The notes under the pieces: generated by a model
The model's input: only the letters and a program-made list of their open reading frames with translations
Databases searched by the model: none
What the model was told of the DNA's origin: nothing
Shown: positions 9,645 through 19,358 of the stretch, piece after piece
How positions within the stretch are numbered: position 1 is the stretch's first letter
Layout: each line of letters begins with the position of its first letter
Translations under genes and position numbers: made by a program
Origin: an uncultured delta proteobacterium
Lineage (GTDB): Bacteria > Desulfobacterota > Binatia > Binatales > Binataceae
NCBI GenBank assembly: GCA_963765675.1
Contig: CAVXXK010000001.1
Span: 192,001-256,000, forward strand
Length of the DNA stretch: 64,000 bases
Direction of reading: 5' to 3'

Positions 9645-10439
9645 TTGCCGTGCGAATCTGAAGTGGACGGCGAGCGTCAACCCTCCGAACTTTCGCCGCG
9701 CGCGATCGGTAGGGAAATGGTGCTGTGCGCGGCGACGCTGACGCTGTGGCCAATCCTGAAGGATGACGCGCGCGGCACTCCCGACGATCGGATGCGCGCG
9801 CTCGAGCTCGCGCCGGTTATCGGGCTCGCGATTGGCGTCGTGCTCGCCGTGATCGATCGCGCGCTTGTCCCGCTGCTGTCTCCCGGCATGCGATCGATTG
9901 CTGTGCTCGCGATCGCGTTCGCCGCGATGCTGGGGCTGCCGTCGCGCGGAATCGCCGACACCGCCGAGGCGCTGCGCCAGGGCGCGCGAGTCGGACCCAC
10001 AGGACTGTCACGAATCGGTCCTCTTGGCGCGGCGGTCGCGATCGCGGCGTTCGCTCTGGAAGCCATCGTGCTCGCACAAATCGTTTCTCCGGCAGGACGC
10101 GCGAGTGCGATCGTGATGTCCCAGATGCTCGGGCGATTCGCGATCGTTCCGGTCGCCTACGGGCTGCGGCCGCTCGAGCGATGGGGTCTCGGCCTGCCTT
10201 ACGAAGTCGCCGTAACCTTTCGCGAGTTCGGCGTCGCCAGCGTGATCGCGCTCGGCCTGACCACGGTCCTCTACCAGAATGTCGGCTTGATCGTGGTGGT
10301 CGCGTTCGCGATCGCGGTCCTGCTGATGCGCCTGGTGTTCAGCCGCAGGCTTGGCGGCGTGGCCGGATACACGCTCGGCGGCGCGAGCGCGATCGCGGAG
10401 CTGGCCGTCCTCGCAACCGTCGCCGCGCTGGTGCGCTAG
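9645..10439 (+). CDS. Divergent adenosylcobinamide-GDP ribazoletransferase (CobS-like) membrane protein
   Basis: Multi-TM; GIADTAEAL, IGPLG, RRLGGVAGYTLGG resemble CobS motifs; start uncertain. Confidence 0.65.
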   Translation: MPCESEVDGERQPSELSPRAIGREMVLCAATLTLWPILKDDARGTPDDRMRALELAPVIGLAIGVVLAVIDRALVPLLSPGMRSIAVLAIAFAAMLGLPSRGIADTAEALRQGARVGPTGLSRIGPLGAAVAIAAFALEAIVLAQIVSPAGRASAIVMSQMLGRFAIVPVAYGLRPLERWGLGLPYEVAVTFREFGVASVIALGLTTVLYQNVGLIVVVAFAIAVLLMRLVFSRRLGGVAGYTLGGASAIAELAVLATVAALVR

Positions 10440-11041
10440 CGGTTGCGCTCCAGTGCGCCACGCCAGACCCACTCAACCTCGGCGCGCAACTCTTCGAGCG
10501 TGCCGTCGTTTTTGATCACGAGACTCGCATGCCGCATCCGCTCCGCGTCGGAGAGCTGCGCGCGGATGCGCGCCTCGGTCTGCTCGCGCGCCATCCCGCG
10601 GTCGCGCTCGACGCGCTCGATCACGCGCTCGCGCGCGGCGGTCACCAGCCAAATCTCGTCGCACATCGGCATCCAGTTAGCTTCGATCAGGATCGCCGCT
10701 TCGACCACGATCGGCCGCGTCTCGCCACGCGCGCGGATTTCGCCGACCGACTTGCGCAACGCGTCGAGAGTGGCGGGCCATACGATATCGGTCAACGCCT
10801 TCAACTTTTCAGGCTGCGCAAAAACGATCGGGCCGAGTTTTTTGCGATCGATCTCGCCGTCAGCATCGAGAATCTCGCGGCCGAACGCCTCCACGACTTT
10901 GGCGTACGCCGGTCCGCCGGGAACGTAGGTCGAATGCGCAACCTTATCCGCGTCGAGGCTCGGCGCACCAAGCTCCGACAATATTTTCGCGACCGTGCTC
11001 TTGCCCGATCCGATTCCGCCCGTCAGTCCGATTGTCAGCAT
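10436..11041 (-). CDS. coaE: Dephospho-CoA kinase
   Basis: IGLTGGIGSGKSTV, DADKVAH, IDRKKLG, RIRAQ, NDGT. Confidence 0.95.
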   Translation of the reverse strand: MLTIGLTGGIGSGKSTVAKILSELGAPSLDADKVAHSTYVPGGPAYAKVVEAFGREILDADGEIDRKKLGPIVFAQPEKLKALTDIVWPATLDALRKSVGEIRARGETRPIVVEAAILIEANWMPMCDEIWLVTAARERVIERVERDRGMAREQTEARIRAQLSDAERMRHASLVIKNDGTLEELRAEVEWVWRGALERNR

Positions 11042-11066
11042 CTCGATTCCTCTCGTCCACTCAGGT

Positions 11067-12857
11067 TCACGCACGCGAGCCGCCCGCGGCGGCTCCACTC
11101 CACGCTTGCATATCGTATAGGTGATTGAAAAACCCGCCGCGCGCGCGCAACTCCGCAAACGTGCCCGACTCCTCGATCACGCCGTCGCGCAAAACCAGGA
11201 TCCGGTCGGCGTTCTGTATCGTCGAAAGCCGATGCGCGATCACCAGCGTGGTCCGCCCACGCATCGCTTCTTCCACCGCTGCCAGCACCAGCGCCTCGGT
11301 TTCGGTGTCGAGCGCGCTGGTCGGCTCGTCCATGATCAGAATCGGCGCGTCCTTCACGAGCGCGCGCGCAATCGTGACGCGCTGCGCTTCGCCTTCGGAC
11401 AGAGTGTGTCCGCCCGCGCCGACGTTTTCGTCAAGTCCGTTCGGCAACTTTGCGATTACCGGCTCCAGGCGCGCCATCGCGGCGGCGCGCGCGACCGCGG
11501 CCTCGGCGACCTCCGGATTTCCGAACGCGATATTGAGCTCGAGAGTTCCGCCGAGCACCAGCGGCGGCTGCATCACCATCGCGATATTCCGCCGTAGCGA
11601 CGCAAGCGTCGCCTCGCGCACGTCCACTCCGTCGATTCGAATCGCGCCGGATTGTGGGTCATAGAAGCGCGCCATCAGCGACGCCATCGTGGTCTTCCCA
11701 GCTCCGCTCGGACCGACGATCGCGATCTTCTGTCCGGGCCGCGCGCTGAAACTGATCCCAGACAGAACCGGATGCCCCGGTTCGTAGCCGAACACGACCC
11801 GGTCGAACTCGATCTCGCCGCGCACGCGGCCCAACTCCCGCGCTCCCGGCGCGTCTTTGATTTCGGGATCGATCGCCAGCAGTTCGAGGCATCGGCGCAG
11901 CCCCGCCTTCGCGCCCTCGACCTGGCCATAGGTTTGAAAAATCTGGTTGACCGGCGCGTAGAGCGACGCGAGGTAGGTCGTGAACACGATCAGGTCGCCG
12001 ATCGAGAGCCGCGCCTCCAGCACGTGGCGCGCGCCGAGATAGATCACGCACGCGGTGCCGATCGCGATCATCACGCCTACCCCGCCCGAGTAGAGCGTCT
12101 GAAAAGTGTAGAGGCGAAGATTCTCGCCCAGGCTCTCGTTGCTGGCGCCGACGAATTCGCGGTACGAGCTTTCTTCGCGCGTGAACGCCTGCACCACGTG
12201 AATCGCGGAGAGCGCACGATGCGCAACGGTGTACATCGTGCTCTCTTTCACGCGCGACGCGCTCGCGAGCCGATCGATCCGTCCGCTGATCGACGTGATC
12301 AGAACGAACAGCAGCGGCACGACCGCGAGCGCGACTATCGTCAGCGTCGCGTCGATCCTGATCATCACCGCGAACATCCCGCCGAGCAGCACGAACGACG
12401 CGAGCACCGGGAAAAACCCGTTCATCGCGATCGTCTGGACCGAGAACGTGTCGTACGTGATGCGCACCATCAGGTCGCCGATTTCGCGGCGGCGATGAAA
12501 CGCGAGCGACAGGCGCTGCAAGTGATCGAACAGGCGCCCGCGTAGATCGTTTACCATCCGCTGCCCGATCGAGATCGTCAGGTAGTTGTTGACCACGTTG
12601 ATGATTCCCAAAATCGCGTAGATCGCGACCAGCGCCGCGCATGCCGCGAGCAGCAGCTCGCCGCGCGTCATCGCGGGAATCCAGCGGTTCGCGACCGGCC
12701 CGCCGCCGAGCACGTTGTCGATAACGATCTTGAGCGGCCACGGCTTCAGCACCTCGGCCGACGACGCGAGCATCACGCCCGCCACCGCGACCAGCAGCCG
12801 CCCGAGGTACGGGCGCATCCGGCGCAGCACCTGCCCATAGAGCGCGAGCGACCCCAT
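11067..12857 (-). CDS. ABC exporter, fused permease/ATPase (MsbA/NdvA-like)
   Basis: TM domain, GPSGAGKTT, LSEGEAQR, MDEPTSALD, IAHRLST; start overlaps the stop of the upstream GT gene. Confidence 0.9.
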   Translation of the reverse strand: MGSLALYGQVLRRMRPYLGRLLVAVAGVMLASSAEVLKPWPLKIVIDNVLGGGPVANRWIPAMTRGELLLAACAALVAIYAILGIINVVNNYLTISIGQRMVNDLRGRLFDHLQRLSLAFHRRREIGDLMVRITYDTFSVQTIAMNGFFPVLASFVLLGGMFAVMIRIDATLTIVALAVVPLLFVLITSISGRIDRLASASRVKESTMYTVAHRALSAIHVVQAFTREESSYREFVGASNESLGENLRLYTFQTLYSGGVGVMIAIGTACVIYLGARHVLEARLSIGDLIVFTTYLASLYAPVNQIFQTYGQVEGAKAGLRRCLELLAIDPEIKDAPGARELGRVRGEIEFDRVVFGYEPGHPVLSGISFSARPGQKIAIVGPSGAGKTTMASLMARFYDPQSGAIRIDGVDVREATLASLRRNIAMVMQPPLVLGGTLELNIAFGNPEVAEAAVARAAAMARLEPVIAKLPNGLDENVGAGGHTLSEGEAQRVTIARALVKDAPILIMDEPTSALDTETEALVLAAVEEAMRGRTTLVIAHRLSTIQNADRILVLRDGVIEESGTFAELRARGGFFNHLYDMQAWSGAAAGGSRA

Positions 12858-15334
12858 CAGGCGCCGTCTCCCGATCCCGACGGTTCGCCAAGTGACACGC
12901 CGAGCGCCTTCGCGGCCTCGGCGGCGGACGCGACGATCGAGGCGGCCAGGCGGCGCGCGCGCAAGAGTGCGAATCCGCCGATCGCCAGCGCCGACAGGAA
13001 CACTGCCACCAGAGATTCGTCGAGCGAGAGTCCCGCCGCCATCAGCACCACGAATACGCATCCGGCGACGACCAGCGCGCGGCGCGGGTCGGCGCGCATC
13101 CGCCACTTCAGCGCGACGCGCCCTTGCTCCCGCGTGATCGCGTTGAGCGGCGCGCGAATCATCGGCGGAACAATCGCTTCCAGATCATATGACTGAAAGC
13201 CGTCGGTCACCGCGACGGCGAACCCGCGCCGAATCAGCGCACGGCGCATCTCGATCAGCACTGCCGCCGATTCGACCGGCGGCGCCGAGTCCTCGTTTGC
13301 CGGAGCAAAACCGATAGTGCCGCTCATGCCGGGCGCTGCCAGATCGTCGTTGGCGATTTCTTCGATGCTCCATTTCACCTGCTCGCGCGCGATGCTTCTC
13401 TGGAGCGGACCGAGCAGGTTGAGCACCCACAGCCGGACGCGAGCGATCGGTCCGCGAAAGCGCGGCGGCAACGGCGCGCGTGCCGCTCCGAGTGCGGCGA
13501 CGATCATCGATATCACGATACCGGCGGCGCCCAGCACGCCGAGCGGACGGCTGAATATGCCCAAAATGATCAAAACGATCGCGACGGCGACCCACTGGAT
13601 CGACAACGCCAGATCGGCCGCCGGTTGCAAGCTGGCGTTCGGATAGACCGTCTGAAAAAGGCCGCGGCCGAACGCGCCGTAATAAACTCGCGCGCCGCCG
13701 AAGATCCCGCCGAAGCTCGCGCCGAGCCCAGACCCGCGCGCGTATATCGCGTCGCCCGCTCCCGCGCGCAATGGATAATGGCGGTAAAGCAATCCTTCGC
13801 CGCTGCCATAGCCGCGCTGCTGCGCCAGGTAGGAACTGAGCGTCGGGCGACGCTCGTGGATCACGGTCGCTCCAGGAGCCGACGCGAGAATCTCGCCGCG
13901 CTCGGCGAGCCGCCACGAGAGATCGACGTCATCACCGGCTGCCATGAAGGCCGGATCAAATCCGCCGACCGAGCGCAGCGCGGCCCGGGTAATCGCCATA
14001 TTGCAGCCGCACAATTGCGCCAGCCGATCGTCTCCGGCGCGAACCTCGCAAGGCAATCCGGGAGCGGCGGCCATCGCGGCTGCCTTCGTCTTCTTAAGCG
14101 CGGGCGCGAGGTTCGGACCGCCCGCCGCCGCGGCGCCCCGACGCGTGATGCACTCAACAAGATGATATAGCCAGTCGCGATCGGCGCGAGCGTCGGCGTC
14201 GAGGAACGCGACAATCTCGCCGGTAGCTGCGTCGATTCCAGCATTGCGCGCGCCGCCGAGCCCGCGATGGTCCACGCGTACGACGCGCGCGCCGCCCTGC
14301 TCGGCGATCTGAGCGGTCACGTCGGTCGAGCCGTCATCGACGACGATCGTTTCATAGTCGGGATAGTTCTGGACGCGCAGCGACGCGAGGCAATCGCCAA
14401 GCGTCCCGGCGGCGTTGTATGCCGCCACCACAACCGAAACGCGTGGGGTCGCTGCCAGCGCCGGCGGGAGATCGCTCTTGAAAACTTGGCCGAGCGCCGC
14501 GAACGCCTGCTTGGGCGTGCGCTCGCGCGTGACCAGTCCGAACGCCCAGTTGGTAATTTCCGCTCCTCCGGTGTGCCATTCGTCGGTGAATGCGAAGACG
14601 ATAAAGCCCGACAGTCCGAGCTCGAACGCAGCGCGCGCCTGCCATGACAGGATCTCGGCCTGATGCGCTTCGCCCTCGCGGATCGTATCCATCCCGGTTT
14701 CGCTCAGGATGAGCGGCCGGTCGCCGGTACTCGATAGCAAGTGAGTCAGGTAGCGGCGATAGTCAGTTTCTTTATGTAAATATACATTGAACGAAACTAT
14801 ATCCAGAAAACTCAGATCGAGGTATTCCGCCGACGGATAATTCGAGTAGGTAAAGAGACCCTCGGGGTCGCTCTGCTTGCCGATATCATAAAGCTCCGCG
14901 AGGAAGCGGCTGACCGCGGCCGGCCCGTGCCATCGCACGATATCCGAGCGCACCTCGTTGCCCAGGCTGTAGGCCGCGATCGTGTCGCCGTGTTTGCGCA
15001 TCGCCAGCACGCCCTTGCGAATCGTCTCGCGGATTTCGCGCATCATCTGGGGCGAGTCGAGAAACGCCATGTGGAACGGCCACGGAATCCCGACCATCAG
15101 GCGCAGCTCCGCGCGCGCCGCCTCTTCGATCATCCATTCGGGCGGCGGCACGTAGCAGCGCAGGAGATTCGCGCCGAGCTCGCGCATCAGCGCGAAATCC
15201 GCGCGCACGCGATCCGGCTCCGGATAGCGCTCGCCGCTTAAGTTGGGCGCGAACGGACCGTAGGAGACTCCGCGCGCGAAAAATTTGCGCTCGCCGTCGA
15301 ACAGATATTTCCCGCGCCCTGTCAGCCGAGCCAT
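12857..15334 (-). CDS. Clan GH-A (GH2-like) TIM-barrel + GT2 glycosyltransferase fusion with C-terminal TM segments
   Basis: RGVSYGPF, LGNEV, SFNVY, LSETG in the N-terminal half; VSVVVAAYN, VDDGSTD, FLDAD, GCNMA, GDDVD, QQRGYG in the C-terminal half. Confidence 0.85.
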   Translation of the reverse strand: MARLTGRGKYLFDGERKFFARGVSYGPFAPNLSGERYPEPDRVRADFALMRELGANLLRCYVPPPEWMIEEAARAELRLMVGIPWPFHMAFLDSPQMMREIRETIRKGVLAMRKHGDTIAAYSLGNEVRSDIVRWHGPAAVSRFLAELYDIGKQSDPEGLFTYSNYPSAEYLDLSFLDIVSFNVYLHKETDYRRYLTHLLSSTGDRPLILSETGMDTIREGEAHQAEILSWQARAAFELGLSGFIVFAFTDEWHTGGAEITNWAFGLVTRERTPKQAFAALGQVFKSDLPPALAATPRVSVVVAAYNAAGTLGDCLASLRVQNYPDYETIVVDDGSTDVTAQIAEQGGARVVRVDHRGLGGARNAGIDAATGEIVAFLDADARADRDWLYHLVECITRRGAAAAGGPNLAPALKKTKAAAMAAAPGLPCEVRAGDDRLAQLCGCNMAITRAALRSVGGFDPAFMAAGDDVDLSWRLAERGEILASAPGATVIHERRPTLSSYLAQQRGYGSGEGLLYRHYPLRAGAGDAIYARGSGLGASFGGIFGGARVYYGAFGRGLFQTVYPNASLQPAADLALSIQWVAVAIVLIILGIFSRPLGVLGAAGIVISMIVAALGAARAPLPPRFRGPIARVRLWVLNLLGPLQRSIAREQVKWSIEEIANDDLAAPGMSGTIGFAPANEDSAPPVESAAVLIEMRRALIRRGFAVAVTDGFQSYDLEAIVPPMIRAPLNAITREQGRVALKWRMRADPRRALVVAGCVFVVLMAAGLSLDESLVAVFLSALAIGGFALLRARRLAASIVASAAEAAKALGVSLGEPSGSGDGA

Positions 15335-15495
15335 GACCGATGAGCTAATCGCAATCGTCGATCTCGCGCAACGCGGCGCCTGGCGCGGGCATGCCGTCAC
15401 GCGAGTAGCGAAAAATCCTGCTTGACTGAACGCCAGCCGCGCCGCGACAATCTTCGCGTGTACCGAAAATCCCGCGTCCGCCGAGCCTTCCTCGC

Positions 15496-16794
15496 GTGAG
15501 CGCCGAGCGCTGGTTCGAGATTGCCGCCGCGCAGGTGCAGGCGCGCGCGGAACGGCACGCATATGCTCTGCGCGCGTGGCGACTGGTCAACGCGGCGGTC
15601 GAGAATTTTCTCGGCAACAACGATCTGCTGCGCGCCGCCGCGCTGACCTACACGGTCGCGCTGTCAATTGTCCCGATCCTCGCGCTGGGATTTTCCGCGC
15701 TCAAGGGCTTGGGCGCCGCGGACCAGATGCGTCCGCTGATCGACAAATATCTTGCGCTCGGCTCCAGCGGCACCGGCCAGCAGTTGATGAGCTATGTGCA
15801 AAACGTCAACGCCGCGGCGCTGGGCACCGCCGGCGCCGCGTTCCTGATCGTAACCGTCATCTCGACGCTCAGCACTATCGAGCAGGCCTTCAATGAGATC
15901 TTCCGGGTCGCGAAGAGCCGCAGCTACCTGCGCAAGTTCTCAGACTATCTGAGCGTGCTGTTCACCGTGCCGCTGATGATCGCGGCCGCCCTGGCCGTGA
16001 CTGCGGTGGTGTCGGTGCGCGTGTCGGCGCTGCCGATACTCACTACCCTCGCTCCATATTTTTTCGTCTGGGGCGCGTTCTTTTTTCTGTACACGTTCTT
16101 TCCGTACACCCGAGTCAAACTTGGTCCGGCGCTTCTCGGATCGCTCGTCGCCGCGATCCTGTTCCAGTTTGCGCAATGGGGTTATGTCCGGTTCCAGGTC
16201 GGCGCCGCAAACTACAAGGCGATCTACGGCGCGCTCGCGACCGTGCCAATCTTCCTGGTGTGGACCTATTTGGCGTGGGCGATAATTCTGTTCGGCGCGG
16301 AAGTCACCGCCGCGGTGCAACGCGGCGCCGACTTCTCTCCGATGAATCCTGAGTCGCTCGATTTTCCATGTGCCGCCGTGCTGTACACGCTCGTGCGCCT
16401 GGCCGATCAGCAGTCCAGCGACCAACCTCCGCTGCAATTCCAGGATCTGGCGATTCCTTTGGGACTCGCGCCTGCGACTCTGGAGCCTGTCGTCGAGGGG
16501 CTCAAGTCCGGCGGCTTCGTGGTCGAAGTGCCTTCCTCGAAAGGCTCGAAAGCGGGCGCGGAGCTGCACCTGGTGCGCGCGCCCGAATCGATCAAACTCG
16601 CTGACGCGCTCGCATCGGCGACTCTCGCCGACAACTCGAACATCGCCGACGCGCGCGTCGCCGCCGTGATGCAGCGGCTCGCGAGCGCGCAGCGGCAGGT
16701 CCTCGAGACCATGACGCTTGCCGATCTGATGCGTCCGCCGGCATCCCCGGACGCCGCGCCGGCGCCGGCGTCGATCGAACTGCAGCGCCAGTAG
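15496..16794 (+). CDS. YihY/virulence factor BrkB family membrane protein with C-terminal HTH-like domain
   Basis: AAALTYTVALSIVP, IEQAFNEIF, YGALATVPIFLVWTYLAWAIILFGAE. Confidence 0.9.
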   Translation: MSAERWFEIAAAQVQARAERHAYALRAWRLVNAAVENFLGNNDLLRAAALTYTVALSIVPILALGFSALKGLGAADQMRPLIDKYLALGSSGTGQQLMSYVQNVNAAALGTAGAAFLIVTVISTLSTIEQAFNEIFRVAKSRSYLRKFSDYLSVLFTVPLMIAAALAVTAVVSVRVSALPILTTLAPYFFVWGAFFFLYTFFPYTRVKLGPALLGSLVAAILFQFAQWGYVRFQVGAANYKAIYGALATVPIFLVWTYLAWAIILFGAEVTAAVQRGADFSPMNPESLDFPCAAVLYTLVRLADQQSSDQPPLQFQDLAIPLGLAPATLEPVVEGLKSGGFVVEVPSSKGSKAGAELHLVRAPESIKLADALASATLADNSNIADARVAAVMQRLASAQRQVLETMTLADLMRPPASPDAAPAPASIELQRQ

Positions 16795-16833
16795 CGCGCG
16801 CCGGCGCGTTTTCAAGTTTCCGCCTGCTCGAAT

Positions 16834-17709
16834 ATGATCGCTCGCGATATGAATATCGCCGAGCCGCGCGACGGCTTCATCAACTTGAACGGCGTCCGAC
16901 ACCACTATCTGGACTGGGGCGGCGACGGAAATCCAATCGTAATTCTTCACGCGACCGGCTTCTTCGGCCGCTTGTATCGTCCGATCGCCGAAGCTCTGCG
17001 CGCGATCGGGCATCCGTACACGCTCGATCAGCGCGGCCACGGCGACAGCGACGCGGCTCCGAACGTCAGCGATCACGACTGGACGCACACGATGAATGAT
17101 CTCGGAGCATTCATCACCGCGATGGGCTGGAAAGCGATCCGCGCGTTCGGCCATTCCTCGGGCGCTACCGCGATCGGCTCGCTCGCGTGCGAGCGGCCCG
17201 GGCTCGTCGCGCGCGCGGTCCTGGCCGAGCCGGTCGTGTTCGAGTCGCCGACCGCGCCGGAACTCGGATGGCGCAATCCATTCCTGGAGAGGACGCTCAA
17301 ACGCCGCCGCGTGTTCGACAGCGTCGATGCGATGTACGCGAACTTCGAGCACAAGCCGCCCTACGACACCTGGCGCCGTGATGTGCTGCGCGACTACTGC
17401 GAGTTCGGCACTCGGGTTGGGAAGGATGGAAAGCGCGAGCTAAAATGCGCGCCGGAAATCGAAGCGCAGATCTATAGCTCCTCGCGCGACTTCGACGGAC
17501 TCGGACGGATTTTGCGCGCCGACATTCCCATGCTGATCCTGTTCGGCGAGCGCATCGGCGACTCGCTGGGGCTTCCTCTGGCGGAAAAGATCGCGGCCAA
17601 TCTCAAGCAGGGCCGCGTCGTGAAGATTCCCGACGCCGGCCATCTCCTGCCGATGGAAAAGCCGGACCTCGTCGCCCGGATAGCGGTGGACTTCCTGTCG
17701 GAAAAGTAG
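16834..17709 (+). CDS. Alpha/beta fold hydrolase
   Basis: LHATGF, DQRGHGDS, GHSSG, GHLLPME. Confidence 0.9.
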   Translation: MIARDMNIAEPRDGFINLNGVRHHYLDWGGDGNPIVILHATGFFGRLYRPIAEALRAIGHPYTLDQRGHGDSDAAPNVSDHDWTHTMNDLGAFITAMGWKAIRAFGHSSGATAIGSLACERPGLVARAVLAEPVVFESPTAPELGWRNPFLERTLKRRRVFDSVDAMYANFEHKPPYDTWRRDVLRDYCEFGTRVGKDGKRELKCAPEIEAQIYSSSRDFDGLGRILRADIPMLILFGERIGDSLGLPLAEKIAANLKQGRVVKIPDAGHLLPMEKPDLVARIAVDFLSEK

Positions 17710-17735
17710 CCCGGCTCATGCAGCGGCTTGTGGCC

Positions 17736-17941
17736 GTCATTTCGAGCGCTGCGCGAGAAATCCCGAGGCGTCCATGCTCAACGCCAACACCACATCCGGC
17801 GGCCCCTCGCCCGGGATTCCTCGCGCGGCAGCCACGCGCGGGAATGACACCCGCACCTGTCTTGGTAGGGGGCCGGCTCGCGAGCCGCCCGTCTTTCGCT
17901 AATCGCTTCGCGGAGATCCTTCGCCTGCGGCTCAGGATGAC
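17736..17941. repeat. Cluster 2 of REP-like palindromes (CGTC-type 17736-17765 fwd, 17811-17849 rev, 17914-17941 rev; GTAG-type 17865-17891)
   Basis: gtcatttcgagcgctgcgcgagaaatcccg; ccgggattcctcgcgcggcagccacgcgcgggaatgaca; gtagggggccggctcgcgagccgcccg. Confidence 0.85.
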
Positions 17942-18231
17942 TCCATCCATGTTTTTGTAGGAAAATCGACGCGTCCTTTTGGGAACGGGTCACCGCCCAG
18001 GTCGATCTTCAGAAGTCACAAAACCCTTGGGACACAGGCATTTCGAGCGATTTGCCCGCTCCGCCGCTTCCCTAACGATCGTTCGGGTTTTTGCCAGATT
18101 TGTTCATGGCTGAACTGTTCAGCCTTATGCCCGATTCCTCTTCGTGCAACGATGGTTCCGTGGAAGCAACCCGCACACGACCGCGATTCACTTTGCCTGC
18201 TTCAGGCCGCCGCAATGCTCCCGCGACGGGC

Positions 18232-18403
18232 GAGATTTCTCGCGATCCGCGCCGCGCCAGGCCCTGCGCATGCCACCCAACCGGCAGCAAGTACGCGCTC
18301 GAAATGACACCCAGTCACCGCTTCGTGTCATTCCGAGCGCATGCAGGCGCAGCGTATCGCGTCGTGCGTGCCACCTCGGGCAGCGCGGCTCGCGAGGAAT
18401 CTC
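18232..18403. repeat. Pair of inverted 79-nt expanded REP-like elements
   Basis: 18232-18310 (rev) and 18325-18403 (fwd) share GTGTCATTYCGAGCGC and GCGCGGMTCGCGAGRAATCTC ends and have identical length. Confidence 0.75.
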
Positions 18404-18694
18404 GCCCTCGGCACTCGCACGCTCTCTCGATTGAGCGCGCAAACCTCTCTTCGACAGTGGCGGCGGACGGCTCGTCCGCCATCGGCGGAAGCCGACTTTG
18501 GCCGCGCCGGAAGCGCCCAAAATTCGATGACCAAAAAAGCTGCTATAACGAACCCATCGACTCGAATTCAGCAGCATCTACAAGGAGTTTATTTTTTGAG
18601 CCACTAAAAAAGATACCAAACGAACCCACCGAATTTGCCCGAGATCAAAAAATCCAAGGCACCACCTTGCCCAAAATCTGTCAGTCCGAGCGCG

Positions 18695-19319
18695 TCACAC
18701 CAGACCGTGAATCTTCGCGAACGGATCCCATCCGGCGTCCCGATGCCATTCGTATTCCATCCGCGTCGCGATTCGCTCCGCCGTAGCGAGGTCCCATCGC
18801 TTTGCGATAATCGCGAGCGCCATGTCGATACCCGCCGACACGCCCGACGAGGTCAGGAATTTTCCGTCCTCGACCCATCGCGCTTCCTTCACCCACTCGA
18901 CCCGCGGCCCCTGCTGGGCGACCCACTTGAACGCGAACTTGTTGGTCGTCGCGCGACGCCCGTCGAGCAGTCCCGCGCGCGCCAGCAGCGCCGCTCCGGT
19001 GCATACCGAGGTCACGAGCGCCGTGGACGCCGCGCGCTCGCGCAGCCATCCGAGCATCCGCTCGTTGGTGATTTCCTTGCGCGTGCCCATCCCGCCTGGA
19101 ACCAGAAACAAGTCGAGCGCGAGGACAATCGTCGAAGCTGAAATCCACGAGCGTCTTCGGACCCTGCCGGCTCGCGACCGCTCCCGCGCTTTCGGCCACC
19201 GTCAGGACTTTGCATTGCCCCTCTTCCGCGAGCATGCCGAATGCTTCGAGCGGACCGAACACGTCGAGCAATTCAAAACCGGGAAACAGGATTGCGGCGA
19301 TCGTCTGCTGCGTCGGCAT
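18695..19319 (-). CDS. DJ-1/PfpI family protein (one frameshift near 19121)
   Basis: LFPGFELLDVFGP in one frame; VPGG, SVCTGA, ATTNK, TSSGVSAGIDM in the other. Confidence 0.85.
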
Positions 19320-19358
19320 CGTGAAAGACTCCTTGAGGTTGATACCCGCGCGCGGCGT

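Noticed and set aside
18091-18786. 231-aa ORF across the intergenic region
   Set aside because: It translates through REP elements, is low complexity, has no recognisable domain and overlaps the DJ-1 gene end
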